Positions 24,487-35,900 of a stretch of DNA of 36,482 bases are shown one piece after another. The translations under genes were made by a program, and so were the position numbers. The notes under the pieces were generated by a model that saw nothing but the letters and a program-made list of their open reading frames with translations, was not told the origin of the DNA and made no database searches. The stretch's first letter is position 1. Every line of letters begins with the position of its first letter. Origin of the DNA: Oscillospiraceae bacterium (GTDB taxonomy: Bacteria > Bacillota > Clostridia > Oscillospirales > Oscillospiraceae); contig JAFSHY010000125.1 in NCBI GenBank assembly GCA_017440065.1, positions 1 to 36,482 of the forward strand. Reading direction: 5' to 3'.

Positions 24487-25818
24487 TCAATTCCCCCAAA
24501 CCGCAGCGCCGACAGGATCGCCATCCTGCATTTCACCAATGAAGACAGGCACAAAGCTGCCGATCTCCACATCCTTCTCGCTGGTAAACCAGACGCAGCC
24601 GTCGATATCGGGAGAATCCGCAAAGCTGCGACCGTAATACAGACCGTTTTCTTCCGAATACCCTTCGCAAAGGACTTCCAGCGTTTCACCGATGAGACCG
24701 AGGCTGTACTCATCCATGATGGACGCCTGCAGGTTTTCGATGTAAGCAGCGCGCTGCTCCGCAATTTCACGGGGCGGATACTCCATTTTCGCGGCGGCAG
24801 TACCCTCCTGCGGAGAGAAGACAAAGGCGCCGACCCGTTCCAGACGGAATTCCTTCAAGAATTCGCAAAGCTCAGTAAATGCTGCATCGTCTTCATAAGG
24901 AAGGCCTGTGATCAGGCTTGTACGAAGCACGACGCCTGGAATACGCTCCCGCAGCTTGCGGAACAGAGCCTCCAGATAAGCCTTCGTGCCGCGGCGGTTC
25001 ATGCGCTTCAGGATCAGATCGTTGATATGCTGGATCGGAATATCCAGATACTTCACAATCTTCGGCTCGGAAGCGATGGCATCGATGATTTCATCGGTCA
25101 TATCCTCAGGATAGAGATAATGTACACGGATCCAATGGATGCCCTCAATGGCACAAAGACCGTGCAGCAGGTCGGGCAGCATATGGCGGCCTTCGAGATC
25201 CATGCCGTAACGGCTCGTATCCTGCGCCACAACGATCAGTTCCTTCACGCCGTTGGCAGCAAGGATCCGCGCTTCATACAGGATATCATCCATGCTGCGG
25301 CTACGATACTTGCCGCGAAGCTTCGGAATGACGCAATAGGAGCAGCGGTTGTCACAGCCCTCTGCAATGGTCAGATAGGCATAATGATCGGGAGTCGTCA
25401 GAATACGGCCCGTTTCATCCACAGGCGCATCGATATCGCCGTACTCCTCCACCAGTTCGCCTTCCAGAACCTGCTTGGCGGCGGCGGCAATGTTATAGTA
25501 GCTGCCGGTACCAAGAATGCCGTCCACTTCCGGCATTTCCTGCAGGATCTCAGACTGGTAACGCTGCGCGAGGCAGCCGGTTACCATGATCTTGCCGACC
25601 AGACCCGCTTCCTTCAGCTGCGCCATCTGCAGAATATGGGAAATGGCTTCTTCCTTGGCGGAATCGATAAAGCCGCAGGTATTGATGATCACAAGATCCG
25701 CACCCTCGGGCGAGCCGGAAACATGAAAACCCGCTTCCTGAAGGCGGAACAGCATCTGCTCGGCATTGACCTGATTCTTGGCACAACCCAGCGAGATCAT
25801 AGACACAGTATGCGCCAT
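24487..25818 (-). CDS. rimO: Ribosomal protein S12 methylthiotransferase (radical-SAM MTTase)
   Basis: 443 aa from the ATG at 25818 (GGAGG RBS; the track ORF extends 74 codons upstream through recX). MTTase N-domain SLGCAKNQV.SE, radical-SAM CxxxCxxC (CDNRCSYC), and a C-terminal TRAM domain. This RimO-type N-terminus differs from the MiaB type. Confidence 0.9.
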   Translation of the reverse strand: MAHTVSMISLGCAKNQVNAEQMLFRLQEAGFHVSGSPEGADLVIINTCGFIDSAKEEAISHILQMAQLKEAGLVGKIMVTGCLAQRYQSEILQEMPEVDGILGTGSYYNIAAAAKQVLEGELVEEYGDIDAPVDETGRILTTPDHYAYLTIAEGCDNRCSYCVIPKLRGKYRSRSMDDILYEARILAANGVKELIVVAQDTSRYGMDLEGRHMLPDLLHGLCAIEGIHWIRVHYLYPEDMTDEIIDAIASEPKIVKYLDIPIQHINDLILKRMNRRGTKAYLEALFRKLRERIPGVVLRTSLITGLPYEDDAAFTELCEFLKEFRLERVGAFVFSPQEGTAAAKMEYPPREIAEQRAAYIENLQASIMDEYSLGLIGETLEVLCEGYSEENGLYYGRSFADSPDIDGCVWFTSEKDVEIGSFVPVFIGEMQDGDPVGAAVWGN

Positions 25819-25819
25819 G

Positions 25820-26437
25820 TCAATCCTCCTCAATCGTTGCGCTGTGCCGCTGAAGACCTGCCCGGATATCCTCCCAGCTGTGTCCGCGGCGCAGCAGCGC
25901 ATCGGTAATCTTTTTGATTTCTTTTCGGTCCGAACACCCGGGACGAAGATGAGCGGAAAGATAGCGGTCAATGGTTTCCTCCATATCCGGAACCTCCGCC
26001 AGCGCCTCACCCCAATGTTCTTTTCCGATGCCCTTTTCATAGAGCATCTGCTTCAGCCGCGCTTTCCCGTAGCCCTTGGCGATGCCGCGGCGCACGATCT
26101 GCTTTGCCGTATCCGCGTCATCCACCAGATTCAGCCCGGTCAGCCAATCCACCGCCTCATCCGCGAATTCCTGCCGTTCTCCTTTGGACACAAGGCGGCG
26201 GCGCAGTTCCCGTTCGGAGATCGCGGAAGAAGCCACGATCCGCACGGCACGAAGCTTGGCGGAAGCCCGTCCTGCGGCATCACCCAAGGCATCCATATCC
26301 GAATCGGACATCGTCAGCCCTGCATACAGGCCAAGATCCCCAACAACGGAAACAGGGACCCGCATGGTCGATCCGTCATCAAAGGAAAGGCGGATATAAT
26401 CCGGAGAGCCTGTGGCTTCCAGCTTATTAAGTTTCAT
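25820..26437 (-). CDS. recX: Regulatory protein RecX
   Basis: About 205 aa helical-repeat protein directly downstream of recA; the start is probably MKLNKLE at 26437, overlapping the recA end by about 11 nt. The start assignment is uncertain. Confidence 0.7.
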   Translation of the reverse strand: MKLNKLEATGSPDYIRLSFDDGSTMRVPVSVVGDLGLYAGLTMSDSDMDALGDAAGRASAKLRAVRIVASSAISERELRRRLVSKGERQEFADEAVDWLTGLNLVDDADTAKQIVRRGIAKGYGKARLKQMLYEKGIGKEHWGEALAEVPDMEETIDRYLSAHLRPGCSDRKEIKKITDALLRRGHSWEDIRAGLQRHSATIEED

Positions 26438-27524
26438 CGTCAAAATCGTCCGCAGATACATCCACAGCCTTGGCAGCAGCCTTGGCCTTACCGCGGGCAG
26501 ACATATTGGCAAGATTTTCGCGAATCTGCGCTTCCACGCGGTCTGCGATCTCTTCGTTTTCCATCAGGAACAGCTTCACATTATCTCTGCCCTGGCCGAT
26601 GCGTTCGCCGTCCATGGAGAACCAACTGCCGGACTTCTGAATGATATTCATATTGACAGCCAGATCGACCATTTCACCGTACTTGGAAATGCCTTCGCCG
26701 TACATGATATCAAAGACAGCCTCACGGAACGGAGGCGCGACCTTGTTCTTGATGACCTTGGCACGGGTGCGGTTGCCGATGACTTCGCTGCCGTTCTTGA
26801 TGGCTTCCACACGGCGGATATCGATACGGACAGAAGAATAGAACTTCAGCGCGTTGCCGCCCGTGGTGGTCTCGGGGTTGCCGTACATGACGCCGATCTT
26901 CATACGGATCTGGTTGATGAAAATAACCACGCAGTTGGTCTTGGCGATGGTGCCTGCCAGCTTACGCAGCGCCTGAGACATCAGACGGGCCTGCAGACCG
27001 ACAAACGCGTCACCCATTTCGCCTTCGATTTCCGCTCTGGGCGTCAGCGCAGCAACGGAGTCCACAACGATCGCATCCACCGCACCGGAGCGAACCAGAG
27101 AGTCCGTGATCTCCAGCGCCTGCTCACCGGTATCGGGCTGAGAAACCAGCATGGAATCGATATCCACGCCGAGGGCTGCGGCATAATCGGGGTCCAGCGC
27201 GTGTTCCGCGTCAATAAAGGCTACTTCGCCGCCCATCTTCTGCGCGGCAGCAAGGATATGCAGCGCCAGCGTGGTCTTACCGGAAGATTCGGGGCCATAG
27301 ATCTCAATGATTCTGCCTCTGGGAACACCGCCGATACCGAGGGCGGCATCCAGGGCAAGAGAGCCGGTGGGAATGGCTTCCACGGTCATATCCGGGCGGT
27401 CACCCAGACGCATGACGGCACCTTTGCCAAAGTTCTTTTCGATCTGCAGAAGGGCAGTATCCAGCGCCTTTCTCTTGTCACTGGCAGGGGTGGGAGCTTC
27501 ATAAGTGGGTTTCTTAGATGCCAT
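26427..27524 (-). CDS. recA: Recombinase A
   Basis: 365 aa from the ATG at 27524 (GGAGAGG RBS). [33 protein letters not shown] (Walker A), ..[10 protein letters not shown].., ..VVDSVAAL..: unmistakable RecA. Confidence 0.95.
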   Translation of the reverse strand: MASKKPTYEAPTPASDKRKALDTALLQIEKNFGKGAVMRLGDRPDMTVEAIPTGSLALDAALGIGGVPRGRIIEIYGPESSGKTTLALHILAAAQKMGGEVAFIDAEHALDPDYAAALGVDIDSMLVSQPDTGEQALEITDSLVRSGAVDAIVVDSVAALTPRAEIEGEMGDAFVGLQARLMSQALRKLAGTIAKTNCVVIFINQIRMKIGVMYGNPETTTGGNALKFYSSVRIDIRRVEAIKNGSEVIGNRTRAKVIKNKVAPPFREAVFDIMYGEGISKYGEMVDLAVNMNIIQKSGSWFSMDGERIGQGRDNVKLFLMENEEIADRVEAQIRENLANMSARGKAKAAAKAVDVSADDFDDET

Positions 27525-28389
27525 TTGTTTCCTCTCCTTTTTTCTGGGCCGAAACTGCCCGAATGATTCCTCTTGCGTCTCTCCGCAGCTGCAGGACGCG
27601 GTAGCCGCCCTGCTCCAGAATGCTGCAGACATCTTTCTCCTGTCCCATACCAAATTCAAAGCAAAGATAGCCTTCCGGTTTGAGAACAGATGTATAGTTT
27701 TTCACGATCCAGCGATAAAAGTCCAGGCCGTCCTCTCCGCCGTACAGCGCCAAAGAAGGTTCAAAGGCCCGCACGGAATCGGGAAGTTCTTTCATTTCCT
27801 GCTCCGTGATATAGGGAGGATTGGACACGATCAGATCGTAATTCTTTAAATAAACAGGCGGCGTCTTACGCACGTCCGCGGCCACACAGCTGATGCGGGG
27901 CGCATAGGGAGCGGCATTGCTCTTTGCTACCTCCAGCGCGGCAGCGGAAACATCCGCCAGGGTAACTCTTGCATTCGGAATACGGTCGGCAAGGGCAATG
28001 CCAATGCAGCCGGTGCCTGTGCAGAGATCCAGAACGCGAGGATTGTCTCCCATGCCTTCCATCAGCTCGGCGGCAAGATCAGTTACCGCCGTGGTATCAT
28101 CCCGCGGGATCAGCGTATCTTTCGTAACACGAAGGGTGAGTCCGCAGAAATCCCATTCTTCCAGAATGTAGGGCAGAGGCTCCCCTGCCAGGATCCTGCG
28201 CACCGCATCTTCCATGCGGTCGCCGATCTCTTCGGAGGCATACAGTTCCCTGTCGGCCAGCATCTGCGCCTGCGATTTACCGGAAAACTTGCAAAGCAGT
28301 TCTCTGGCGATCATGGCAGCCTGCTCTCCTTCTGTGGGCAGAAGGGCTTTCCGTGCTTCCAGATAAAGCTCCTGATAGCGCTTTACCAT
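27514..28389 (-). CDS. prmC: Release-factor glutamine N5-methyltransferase
   Basis: 291 aa. SAM-binding [11 protein letters not shown] and the NPPY catalytic motif (IVSNPPYI), typical of the HemK/PrmC family. Confidence 0.9.
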   Translation of the reverse strand: MVKRYQELYLEARKALLPTEGEQAAMIARELLCKFSGKSQAQMLADRELYASEEIGDRMEDAVRRILAGEPLPYILEEWDFCGLTLRVTKDTLIPRDDTTAVTDLAAELMEGMGDNPRVLDLCTGTGCIGIALADRIPNARVTLADVSAAALEVAKSNAAPYAPRISCVAADVRKTPPVYLKNYDLIVSNPPYITEQEMKELPDSVRAFEPSLALYGGEDGLDFYRWIVKNYTSVLKPEGYLCFEFGMGQEKDVCSILEQGGYRVLQLRRDARGIIRAVSAQKKGEETNGI

Positions 28390-29345
28390 TGATCGGCGCC
28401 CTCCTCTTCGGGAATGACCAGTTCCATGGCGCGGATGGCCACTTCGATCATTCCGTCATCGGGCTCATTGGTGGTAAAATTCTGAAACCACATGCCGGGC
28501 GCCGTCAGAATACGGGTAAACCAATTGTCATGGGCGCCCGCAAAGCGGTTGCACTCATAAGCCAGCGCCACCACAACGGGCAGCAGAAGAAGCTTAAAGA
28601 GCATGCGAAGCAGCGTGTTGGTGGTCTGGATCAGACCGCCGACGAAAACGCTGAGAATAATGACCACAAACAGGAAGCTGGTGCCGCAGCGGGGATGCAG
28701 ACGGGTCATAGGGCGCACATTTTCCACCGTCAGAGGAAGCTTGGCTTCATAGCAGCGGATCGTCTTATGCTCCGCGCCGTGGTAGGAAAACACGCGTTTG
28801 ATCTCCTTCATGCGGGAAACCAGCACAATATAGGCCACAAAGATCGCGACCTTGACAACGCCTTCCAGCAGATTGCGAAGAAGCAGATGCTCCTTTATAT
28901 AGGGAATGAGTCCCACAAGGAAGGTCGGCAGCAGCATGAAAAGACCGACCGCAAACAGAATACCGAGCACCACGCCCAGCGGGACGATCAGCTTGTCCAG
29001 CGCGTCCTGACCAAACTTTTTTGCGATCCACTTTTCAAAGGCCGTGGGTTCTTCCTCATATTCGGGAAAGAAGTCCGCAGAGAAAGTCAGCGCCTTCACA
29101 CCGTTGAGCATGGAGGAAAAGAAATTCACTACACCGCGGATCAAGGGCCAGCCCAAAGCGGGATAGCGATCCTTGGGAAGCTTCAGCTCCTCCACCTTCT
29201 CCACAAGGCCTTCGGGAGAACGGACAACGATGGCCTGCTTCCTGGGGCCTCTCATCAGAATGCCCTCAATGAGCGCCTGTCCGCCGATCATGGTCTTGAA
29301 CTGTTCTTTGTTTTCACAATTGGGGGTATTGCAGGATTTTGCCAT
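28383..29345 (-). CDS. DUF1385-family membrane-associated protein (YqhQ-like)
   Basis: MIGGQALIEGILMRG and ..YHGAEHK.. motifs with multiple TM helices. GAGGAG RBS upstream of the ATG at 29345. Confidence 0.8.
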   Translation of the reverse strand: MAKSCNTPNCENKEQFKTMIGGQALIEGILMRGPRKQAIVVRSPEGLVEKVEELKLPKDRYPALGWPLIRGVVNFFSSMLNGVKALTFSADFFPEYEEEPTAFEKWIAKKFGQDALDKLIVPLGVVLGILFAVGLFMLLPTFLVGLIPYIKEHLLLRNLLEGVVKVAIFVAYIVLVSRMKEIKRVFSYHGAEHKTIRCYEAKLPLTVENVRPMTRLHPRCGTSFLFVVIILSVFVGGLIQTTNTLLRMLFKLLLLPVVVALAYECNRFAGAHDNWFTRILTAPGMWFQNFTTNEPDDGMIEVAIRAMELVIPEEEGADQW

Positions 29346-29350
29346 AGGGG

Positions 29351-30835
29351 TTACTCCTCGATCATTTCTTCATCGACGGGAAGACGGATCTCGACCAGAG
29401 TGCCGCCGCCTTCCGCATTGGAAAGGGTCAATGTTCCGTTGTGCAGCTTCACGATCTCATCGCAGACGGCAAGACCGATGCCGTTGCCGCGGGCCTTGGA
29501 GCTGCCCTTATAGAAGCGGGATTTCACCAGCGGAAGCTCCTCTTCCGGAATACCGGGGCCAAAGTCGCGGATCTGAATGGAGATATCCATATCCTTGCGG
29601 CAGATAGCAGCGGTGATCTTCTTTCCTTCTCCGCCGTGCTTCACGGCATTGTCCAGCAGGTTGAAGAACACCTGCTTCAGTCGGGAAATATCGCAGCGGA
29701 TCTCCGGCACATCGTCATCGTTATCCAGATAATCCAGCAGGATGCCTTCTTCTTTCAGCTTGGAGGCATACATAAAGATGGTATCCTCCAGCTCGGAGCG
29801 GATGTCGCAAAGCGCCACATTGAGCGTCATGCGGCCGTCCTGAATGCGGGTAAATTCCAGCAGTTCTTCGACCATACCGGTCAGACGGCGCGCTTCGGAA
29901 AGCATGATCCCCATGCCGCGTTCAAAGTCCTCGCGGGGAATATCCTGTTCCGCCAGCAGGGTCTCGCCCCAGCCTGTAATGGCGGTCAGCGGTGTCCGCA
30001 ATTCATGGGATACCGAGGAAACCAGCTCTGTCTGCATCCGTTCCGTACGGCTGATGGCATCGGACATCTCGTTGATGGTCTCCGCCAGTTCGCCGATCTC
30101 ATCCTTGGAGATCTTCTGGATATGGCTGCCGTAGCTCCCCGCGGCGATACGTTTGGCGGTAACGGTGATCTCCGCGATCGGTTCCAGAATAGAGCGGAGG
30201 AAATAGTTGCTGCCCAGCGTGACAAAGGCCATAAACGCAAGGCCGATCAGTATGACCGCGCCTGCGATCATCAGCGCCTGCCGGTCTGCAAACCGAAGAC
30301 TGGTCACGTACCGCATCACACCGATCACTTCACCGTTGGAATAGATCAGCGGGGTGGAAACCGCAAGGATTCTCTCCCCTGTTCTGGGGTCGGAGCCGGA
30401 ATAGGTGCTGGTCTTTCGCTGAAGGATGGCTTCATCGATCTCCGGGGTGGTCAGACGGATACCCGACCATTGGGCAAACGAAGACGCGACGAGCCTGCCG
30501 TCCAGATCCACGAACTGCAGTTCCATATCATTCTTATCCTCAAAATTCTGGGCGAAGATGATGCAGGAATCATAGAATTCGTGATAGCTTTGGGCAATAT
30601 AGCTTTCAAAAAAGCTGTTCGTGGTTTCCGCCTTGGTCTCCATACCGGAGCGCAGGGTGGAATAATAGTAAGAGGCGATCAGGATCGAAACGATCACTAC
30701 CGTTGCCACCACGATGGCAAGCACGAAGGAAAGCGTATTCTGATACCAGCGGGCTTTCAGTCCGCCGCTGCGCTGGCTGAATATGGCCTCCATGCTGGGC
30801 AATGCGCGCTTCTTATCGTTCTTTACGCGCCCCAT
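29351..30835 (-). CDS. Sensor histidine kinase (two TM helices, extracytoplasmic loop, HAMP, HisKA, HATPase_c)
   Basis: H-box SHELRTPLTAI, N-box ..NLLDNAVKH.., G-boxes DFGPGIP and GNGIGLAV. Two TM segments flank a ~140 aa sensing loop. Confidence 0.9.
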   Translation of the reverse strand: MGRVKNDKKRALPSMEAIFSQRSGGLKARWYQNTLSFVLAIVVATVVIVSILIASYYYSTLRSGMETKAETTNSFFESYIAQSYHEFYDSCIIFAQNFEDKNDMELQFVDLDGRLVASSFAQWSGIRLTTPEIDEAILQRKTSTYSGSDPRTGERILAVSTPLIYSNGEVIGVMRYVTSLRFADRQALMIAGAVILIGLAFMAFVTLGSNYFLRSILEPIAEITVTAKRIAAGSYGSHIQKISKDEIGELAETINEMSDAISRTERMQTELVSSVSHELRTPLTAITGWGETLLAEQDIPREDFERGMGIMLSEARRLTGMVEELLEFTRIQDGRMTLNVALCDIRSELEDTIFMYASKLKEEGILLDYLDNDDDVPEIRCDISRLKQVFFNLLDNAVKHGGEGKKITAAICRKDMDISIQIRDFGPGIPEEELPLVKSRFYKGSSKARGNGIGLAVCDEIVKLHNGTLTLSNAEGGGTLVEIRLPVDEEMIEE

Positions 30836-31509
30836 TTATAACCGAAGCCCCAAACGGTGGTCACATAGACGGGGTTGGCCGTATCATCCTCAATCTTGAT
30901 GCGAAGACGGCGGATATTGACGTCCACGATCTTCAGTTCGCCGTCATAATCACGGCCCCACACGGAGGCGAGGATATCCTCACGGGACAGGGCTCTGCTG
31001 GGATTCTGCATAAAGAGCTTCATGATGGCATATTCCACCTGCGTCAGCTTGATGCGGGTGCCTGCCTTATCCAGGGTGCGATTGCGGACATTCAGCGTGA
31101 AGGGCCCCTGCTTCAGCTCTTCCACATTGTCGGAAGCGGAATTGCCGATGCGGCGGTACAGGGCATCGATACGGGCGGTCAGCTCCGCGGGCGAGAACGG
31201 CTTGGTCATATAGTCGTCCGCACCGGTCATGAGGCCCGTGACCTTGTCCATTTCCTGGCTTCTGGCAGTCAGCATGATAATGCCGATGGTCTTATTGGTG
31301 GTGCGGATATTGCGGCAGACTTCAAAGCCGTCGATATCGGGCAGCATTACGTCCAGGATCGCAACACCGATGTCGGGGTTTTCAGCCAGCTTATCCAGTG
31401 CCTCCTGACCCGTAGCAGCTTCGATGGCATCGTAGCCGGCACGGCGCAGATTGATCACCACAAAGCTGCGGATATTCAGTTCGTCTTCCAGAATGAGTAC
31501 TTTTTTCAT
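30823..31509 (-). CDS. OmpR-family response regulator
   Basis: Receiver domain (LILEDE..D..LPDIDG..) plus a winged-helix trans_reg_C domain (..VWG..Y.). Overlaps the kinase start by 13 nt. Confidence 0.95.
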   Translation of the reverse strand: MKKVLILEDELNIRSFVVINLRRAGYDAIEAATGQEALDKLAENPDIGVAILDVMLPDIDGFEVCRNIRTTNKTIGIIMLTARSQEMDKVTGLMTGADDYMTKPFSPAELTARIDALYRRIGNSASDNVEELKQGPFTLNVRNRTLDKAGTRIKLTQVEYAIMKLFMQNPSRALSREDILASVWGRDYDGELKIVDVNIRRLRIKIEDDTANPVYVTTVWGFGYKWGA

Positions 31510-31522
31510 TTTTCTCTCTCCT

Positions 31523-32872
31523 CTACATTTCGCCGGAGTTCCAGTCGATGCTGATGAAACGGAAGCGTTCCAGCAGATCGTCTTCTGTCATGCCCTTTGC
31601 CCAGGGGCTGTCTCCGATCGAAGCAGCAAACGATATATCATTTTTCTCGGCCAGCAGGAATCTGCCATCAGCCACCGCCAGTTCGGTGCGGTGGTCGCCG
31701 GAGAGTACATAGATCGTGAAGACCTCTCTGTGGGTCTTTTCCGATTCGATCCATTGGCTGAAGCGGTAAGCAAAGCCCTCTTCCGCGGTATCATCCCGCG
31801 TTACGGAAATGTTTTCCTTCCACGTGCTGTCCAGTTCCACATAGAAACCGCGGGCATAGTCGTGGTAGGTCAGCATTTTGTAGGTCTTCTTTCCGTCCAG
31901 TCCAAGGTTATACCATTGGATCAGTCGGTAGTTGGATGCGTTTTCGGCATCCTCGCTGTGCAGAATATCAAAGGGTTCGGGAAGCTCCACCAGGCCGTCG
32001 CCGTCGATATCATCACTGTAAACGTAATAATTACGAACGGTCATGCTTTCGGCGTTTTCACCGGTAACAATATTCTGCAGCTGAGAATCGCGGATCGCAA
32101 ACACATCTGTTCGGATCAGATGCTCATCCAACGTTCCCGCCACAAACACCGCGGGAACATCCTTGGCGGTGTAGCCGGTGATCACACGGCGAACCGAGGT
32201 GATGCCATCTGATAGCTGCTGTTCGGGATCGCGAACCATCACGCCTTCGGAGAAGCGGTACAATTCCGCGGAACCGCGCTGTGTATCAGCCTCAAATCGG
32301 ATCAGAAACAAATCCTGTCTGCCATCCTGATCGAGATCAAAGGTCTCCAGCGCGGAATAGTTGGCCGACATCAGTTCCAGCGTGCTGTTTCCCTGAAAAC
32401 TGTGAACGCTGACGGATTTGAGCAGCTGATCGCTGATGGCTCTGCCGACAATGATCTCCTTGCCGGGAGAGCCGTCGATCTGCTCATAGCAGACGGAATC
32501 GAAGCTGGCTCCGACACCTTCCACGGTGGATGCCAGGCGGAAGCTGTCGCCCGAACGGCTGAAGATATAGATCTTCAGCGGTTTATCCCCGGTGTCCTTT
32601 GCGAAGACGATTGCTTCATCCACGCCGTCGCCGTCCAGATCCTGCATCTGAAGCGGCTGGCGGTTTTCCCCCGCAGTCGGTGCACAGTACTGAACAGATC
32701 CTGTCACGACTTTCTCGATCTCCAGCTGAAGATTATAGTACGCATCGGACTGGCGCGGCAGCGTATAAAGCTCATCCACCGGTTTCAGCAGGCACCCGCT
32801 TAAAAACAAAGCGAAACAAAGCGGAATCAGGCAGAGCAGAAGCCTTTTCCTTACTTTTTTACTTTTTGACAC
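31523..32872 (-). CDS. Lipoprotein with FG-GAP/Ca-binding-like DxDxDG repeats
   Basis: Signal peptide with lipobox LSGC; repeated DLDGDGVDE / DLDQDGRQD / DIDGDGLVE motifs; sits upstream in the same operon as the two-component system. Confidence 0.7.
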   Translation of the reverse strand: MSKSKKVRKRLLLCLIPLCFALFLSGCLLKPVDELYTLPRQSDAYYNLQLEIEKVVTGSVQYCAPTAGENRQPLQMQDLDGDGVDEAIVFAKDTGDKPLKIYIFSRSGDSFRLASTVEGVGASFDSVCYEQIDGSPGKEIIVGRAISDQLLKSVSVHSFQGNSTLELMSANYSALETFDLDQDGRQDLFLIRFEADTQRGSAELYRFSEGVMVRDPEQQLSDGITSVRRVITGYTAKDVPAVFVAGTLDEHLIRTDVFAIRDSQLQNIVTGENAESMTVRNYYVYSDDIDGDGLVELPEPFDILHSEDAENASNYRLIQWYNLGLDGKKTYKMLTYHDYARGFYVELDSTWKENISVTRDDTAEEGFAYRFSQWIESEKTHREVFTIYVLSGDHRTELAVADGRFLLAEKNDISFAASIGDSPWAKGMTEDDLLERFRFISIDWNSGEM

Positions 32873-32941
32873 TCACTCTGCCTCCTTTCTTACATTCTGT
32901 ATATTATAGCATAAAAGATGCACTTTGTGAATCACTAACCG

Positions 32942-35900
32942 TTATTTTACAACAACATTCGCGTCACCAAGCACAGCCTTCAGTTCGGCCAGCATACTGC
33001 CTCGCAACTCACAGGCTGCAGAGGCGCGAACGCCTGTGGAAGCATAGTAGAGGATCACGGGCGTCTTACCGGGGAACATATTGAGAATGGCACGCGTCTT
33101 GCGCTCCTGAACCGTTCCTTCCGCGGGAATCTTCAGATAAAGCTTCTGATTCTTCCCTTCCGCCGCGGACTGACGTTCCGTTTTCATCGGCGCATCCGTA
33201 ATGCTGCGGACACTGTTGATCACAATCTGCGGTTCTTTTTCCTCCCGTACGGAGATCCGCCCCGTCAGAATGGCAGGCGCGTTTTCCCGCAGCAGCTGAC
33301 CGTACTGAGAAAGCACGCTGGAAAAAGCCAGCGCCTCCATCGTTCCCGTATCATCTTCCAGCGTAACATAGGCCATCACGGAATTGTTGCGGGTGGTCTT
33401 CTGCTTTGTCTTCTGCACGATACCAGCCACAGAAATGATCTGCTCATCATGGAAGCGTTCGTCACCTTCGGAAAAGCTTTCCAGCAGTTCTCCGATGGGA
33501 ACCACATGACTGCCCGCCAGCATCGGACGGTAATCGTCCATGGGATGACCCGAGAGATAAAGTCCCGTTGTTTCCTTTTCCATATTCATGATCTCGGAAC
33601 GGGAAAGCTCCGGAAGGTCAGGGATGGCCACCGCGGGAACAGGATTGTCCATAGCAAGATCGAACAGTCCCATCTGCCCTTCCACATTCTGCTTGCGGCT
33701 TTCCGCCACGGAGTCCATGATCAGATCATAGACCTTCAGCAGCTGGGAACGGCGAAGGCCGAGGCAATCCAGCGCGCCGCATTTGATCAGATTTTCCATG
33801 GCTCTCTTATTGAGATCCATGCCCACCGTGCGCTCGCAAAGATCCTCCAGCGAATGGAACGGACCGCCTGCCTCACGTTCACGGATCACCTGACGGATAA
33901 GTCCTCTGCCGATATTCTTGACCGCAGCCAGACCGAAGCGGATACCGCGATCCACAGCGGTGAAATTATCCTCCGATTCATTGATATCGGGGGGAAGCAG
34001 CGAAATGCCCATATCCTTACAGGCTGCAATATAGCCGGAGACCTTCACGGAGGAATCCTGCACCGAGGTCATCAGCGCAGCCATATATTCCTTGGGATAA
34101 TAACACTTAAGATACGCGGTATCGTATGCGACCTTGGCATAGCAGACGGCATGGGCTTTATTAAAGGCATAATTGGCAAAATCAAGAATCTCATCATAGA
34201 TCTCCTGTGCCGCCTTTTCACTGACGCCGTTCTTCACCGCACCGGGAATTCCGCGTTCGGGATCGCCGTAAACGAAGGTCTTCCGCTCCGCCAGAATGAC
34301 CGCCTGCTTTTTCTTGGAGATGGCGCGGCGCATATTATCGGCCTGTCCGAGGGTATAGCCGCCCAGACGGCGGAAGATCTCGATGACCTGCTCCTGATAT
34401 ACCATACACCCATAGGTGACCGATAAAATGGACTCCAGCTGCGGTGTTTTATAGGTGATCAGAGAGGGATTCAGTTTATTGGCGATGAACCGCGGGATCG
34501 AATCCATGGGGCCGGGACGGTAGAGCGCCACAATAGCGGTAATATCTTCAATGGAACCGGGCTTCATCTGCACGCAGACGCCGGTCATACCCGCGGATTC
34601 CATCTGGAATACGCCGGAGGTTTTGCCTTCGCCCAGCATTTTATAGACCTTCGGATCGCTGTCCGAGACCTTTTTCATGGAGAAACCGGGAACTTTTTTT
34701 CGAATTTCACGTTCCGCATCCTCGATCACCGTCAAGTTTCGAAGGCCGAGGAAGTCCATCTTCAGAAGACCCAGTTCCTCAATTGTCGTCATGGTAAACT
34801 GGGTCACGATGGTCTCGTCATTGCGGCTGAGCGGCACATAGTCATAGACAGGCTGCTCGGTGATCACAACGCCAGCCGCATGGGTTGACGTATTGCGGGG
34901 CATGCCTTCCAGCGCTCTGGCCGTATCGATCAGCGTTCTGACCCGTTCATCGGAATCGTACTTTTCCTTCAGCTGGGCGGATACCTTCAGCGCCTCATCC
35001 AGGGTCATATGCAGGGTCGTGGGGATCAGCTTGGCAACAATATCCGTTTCCGCATATGTAAAGTTCATCGCACGACCGACATCGCGGATGGCCGCACGGG
35101 CAGCCAGCGTACCGAAGGTCACGATCTGCGCCACATGATCGGAGCCGTATTTCCGCATGACATAGTCGATCACTTCTCCGCGGCGTTCCTGGCAGAAGTC
35201 CGTATCAAAGTCCGGCATGGAAACACGTTCCGGATTAAGGAATCGCTCGAAAATGAGCGTATATTTCATGGGATCGATTTCCGTGATATGCAGACAATAG
35301 GCGGCAATGGACGCGGCGCCTGAGCCTCTGCCGGGGCCGACGGGAATGCCCGCTTCCTTGGCATAGCGGATAAAGTCCCAAACGATCAGATAGTAATTGA
35401 CATAGCCCATGCGGCTGATAACGCCGATCTCATAGTCCAGCCGTTCCAGATATTCCTTCGGCTGGTCGGGATAGCGCTTACGGAAGCCGTCCATGCAGAG
35501 CTTGCGGAAGTATTCCTCGTTGGTGTAGCCCTCCGGCACATCGAACGCAGGCAGATGATACTGATTGAATACAAATTCCACATTGCAGCGTTCCGCAATC
35601 CTGCAGGTATTCTCAAAGGCTTCGGGAATATTGGGGAAAAGCTCCCGCATTTCCTCTTCCGACTTCAGATAGAATTCATCCGTCTCGAATTTCATGCGGT
35701 CGGGATCATCCACAGTCTTGCCCATCTGAATGCACATCAGGACATCCTGAATGCGGGCATCCTCACGGGTCAGATAGTGGGCATCGTTGGTGGCAACCAG
35801 CGGCAGGCCGGTTTCTCTGGCAAGACGCATCACGCCGGCATTGACGGCCTTCTGCTCCTCAATGCCGTGATCCTGCAGCTCCAAATAAAAATTCCCTGGC

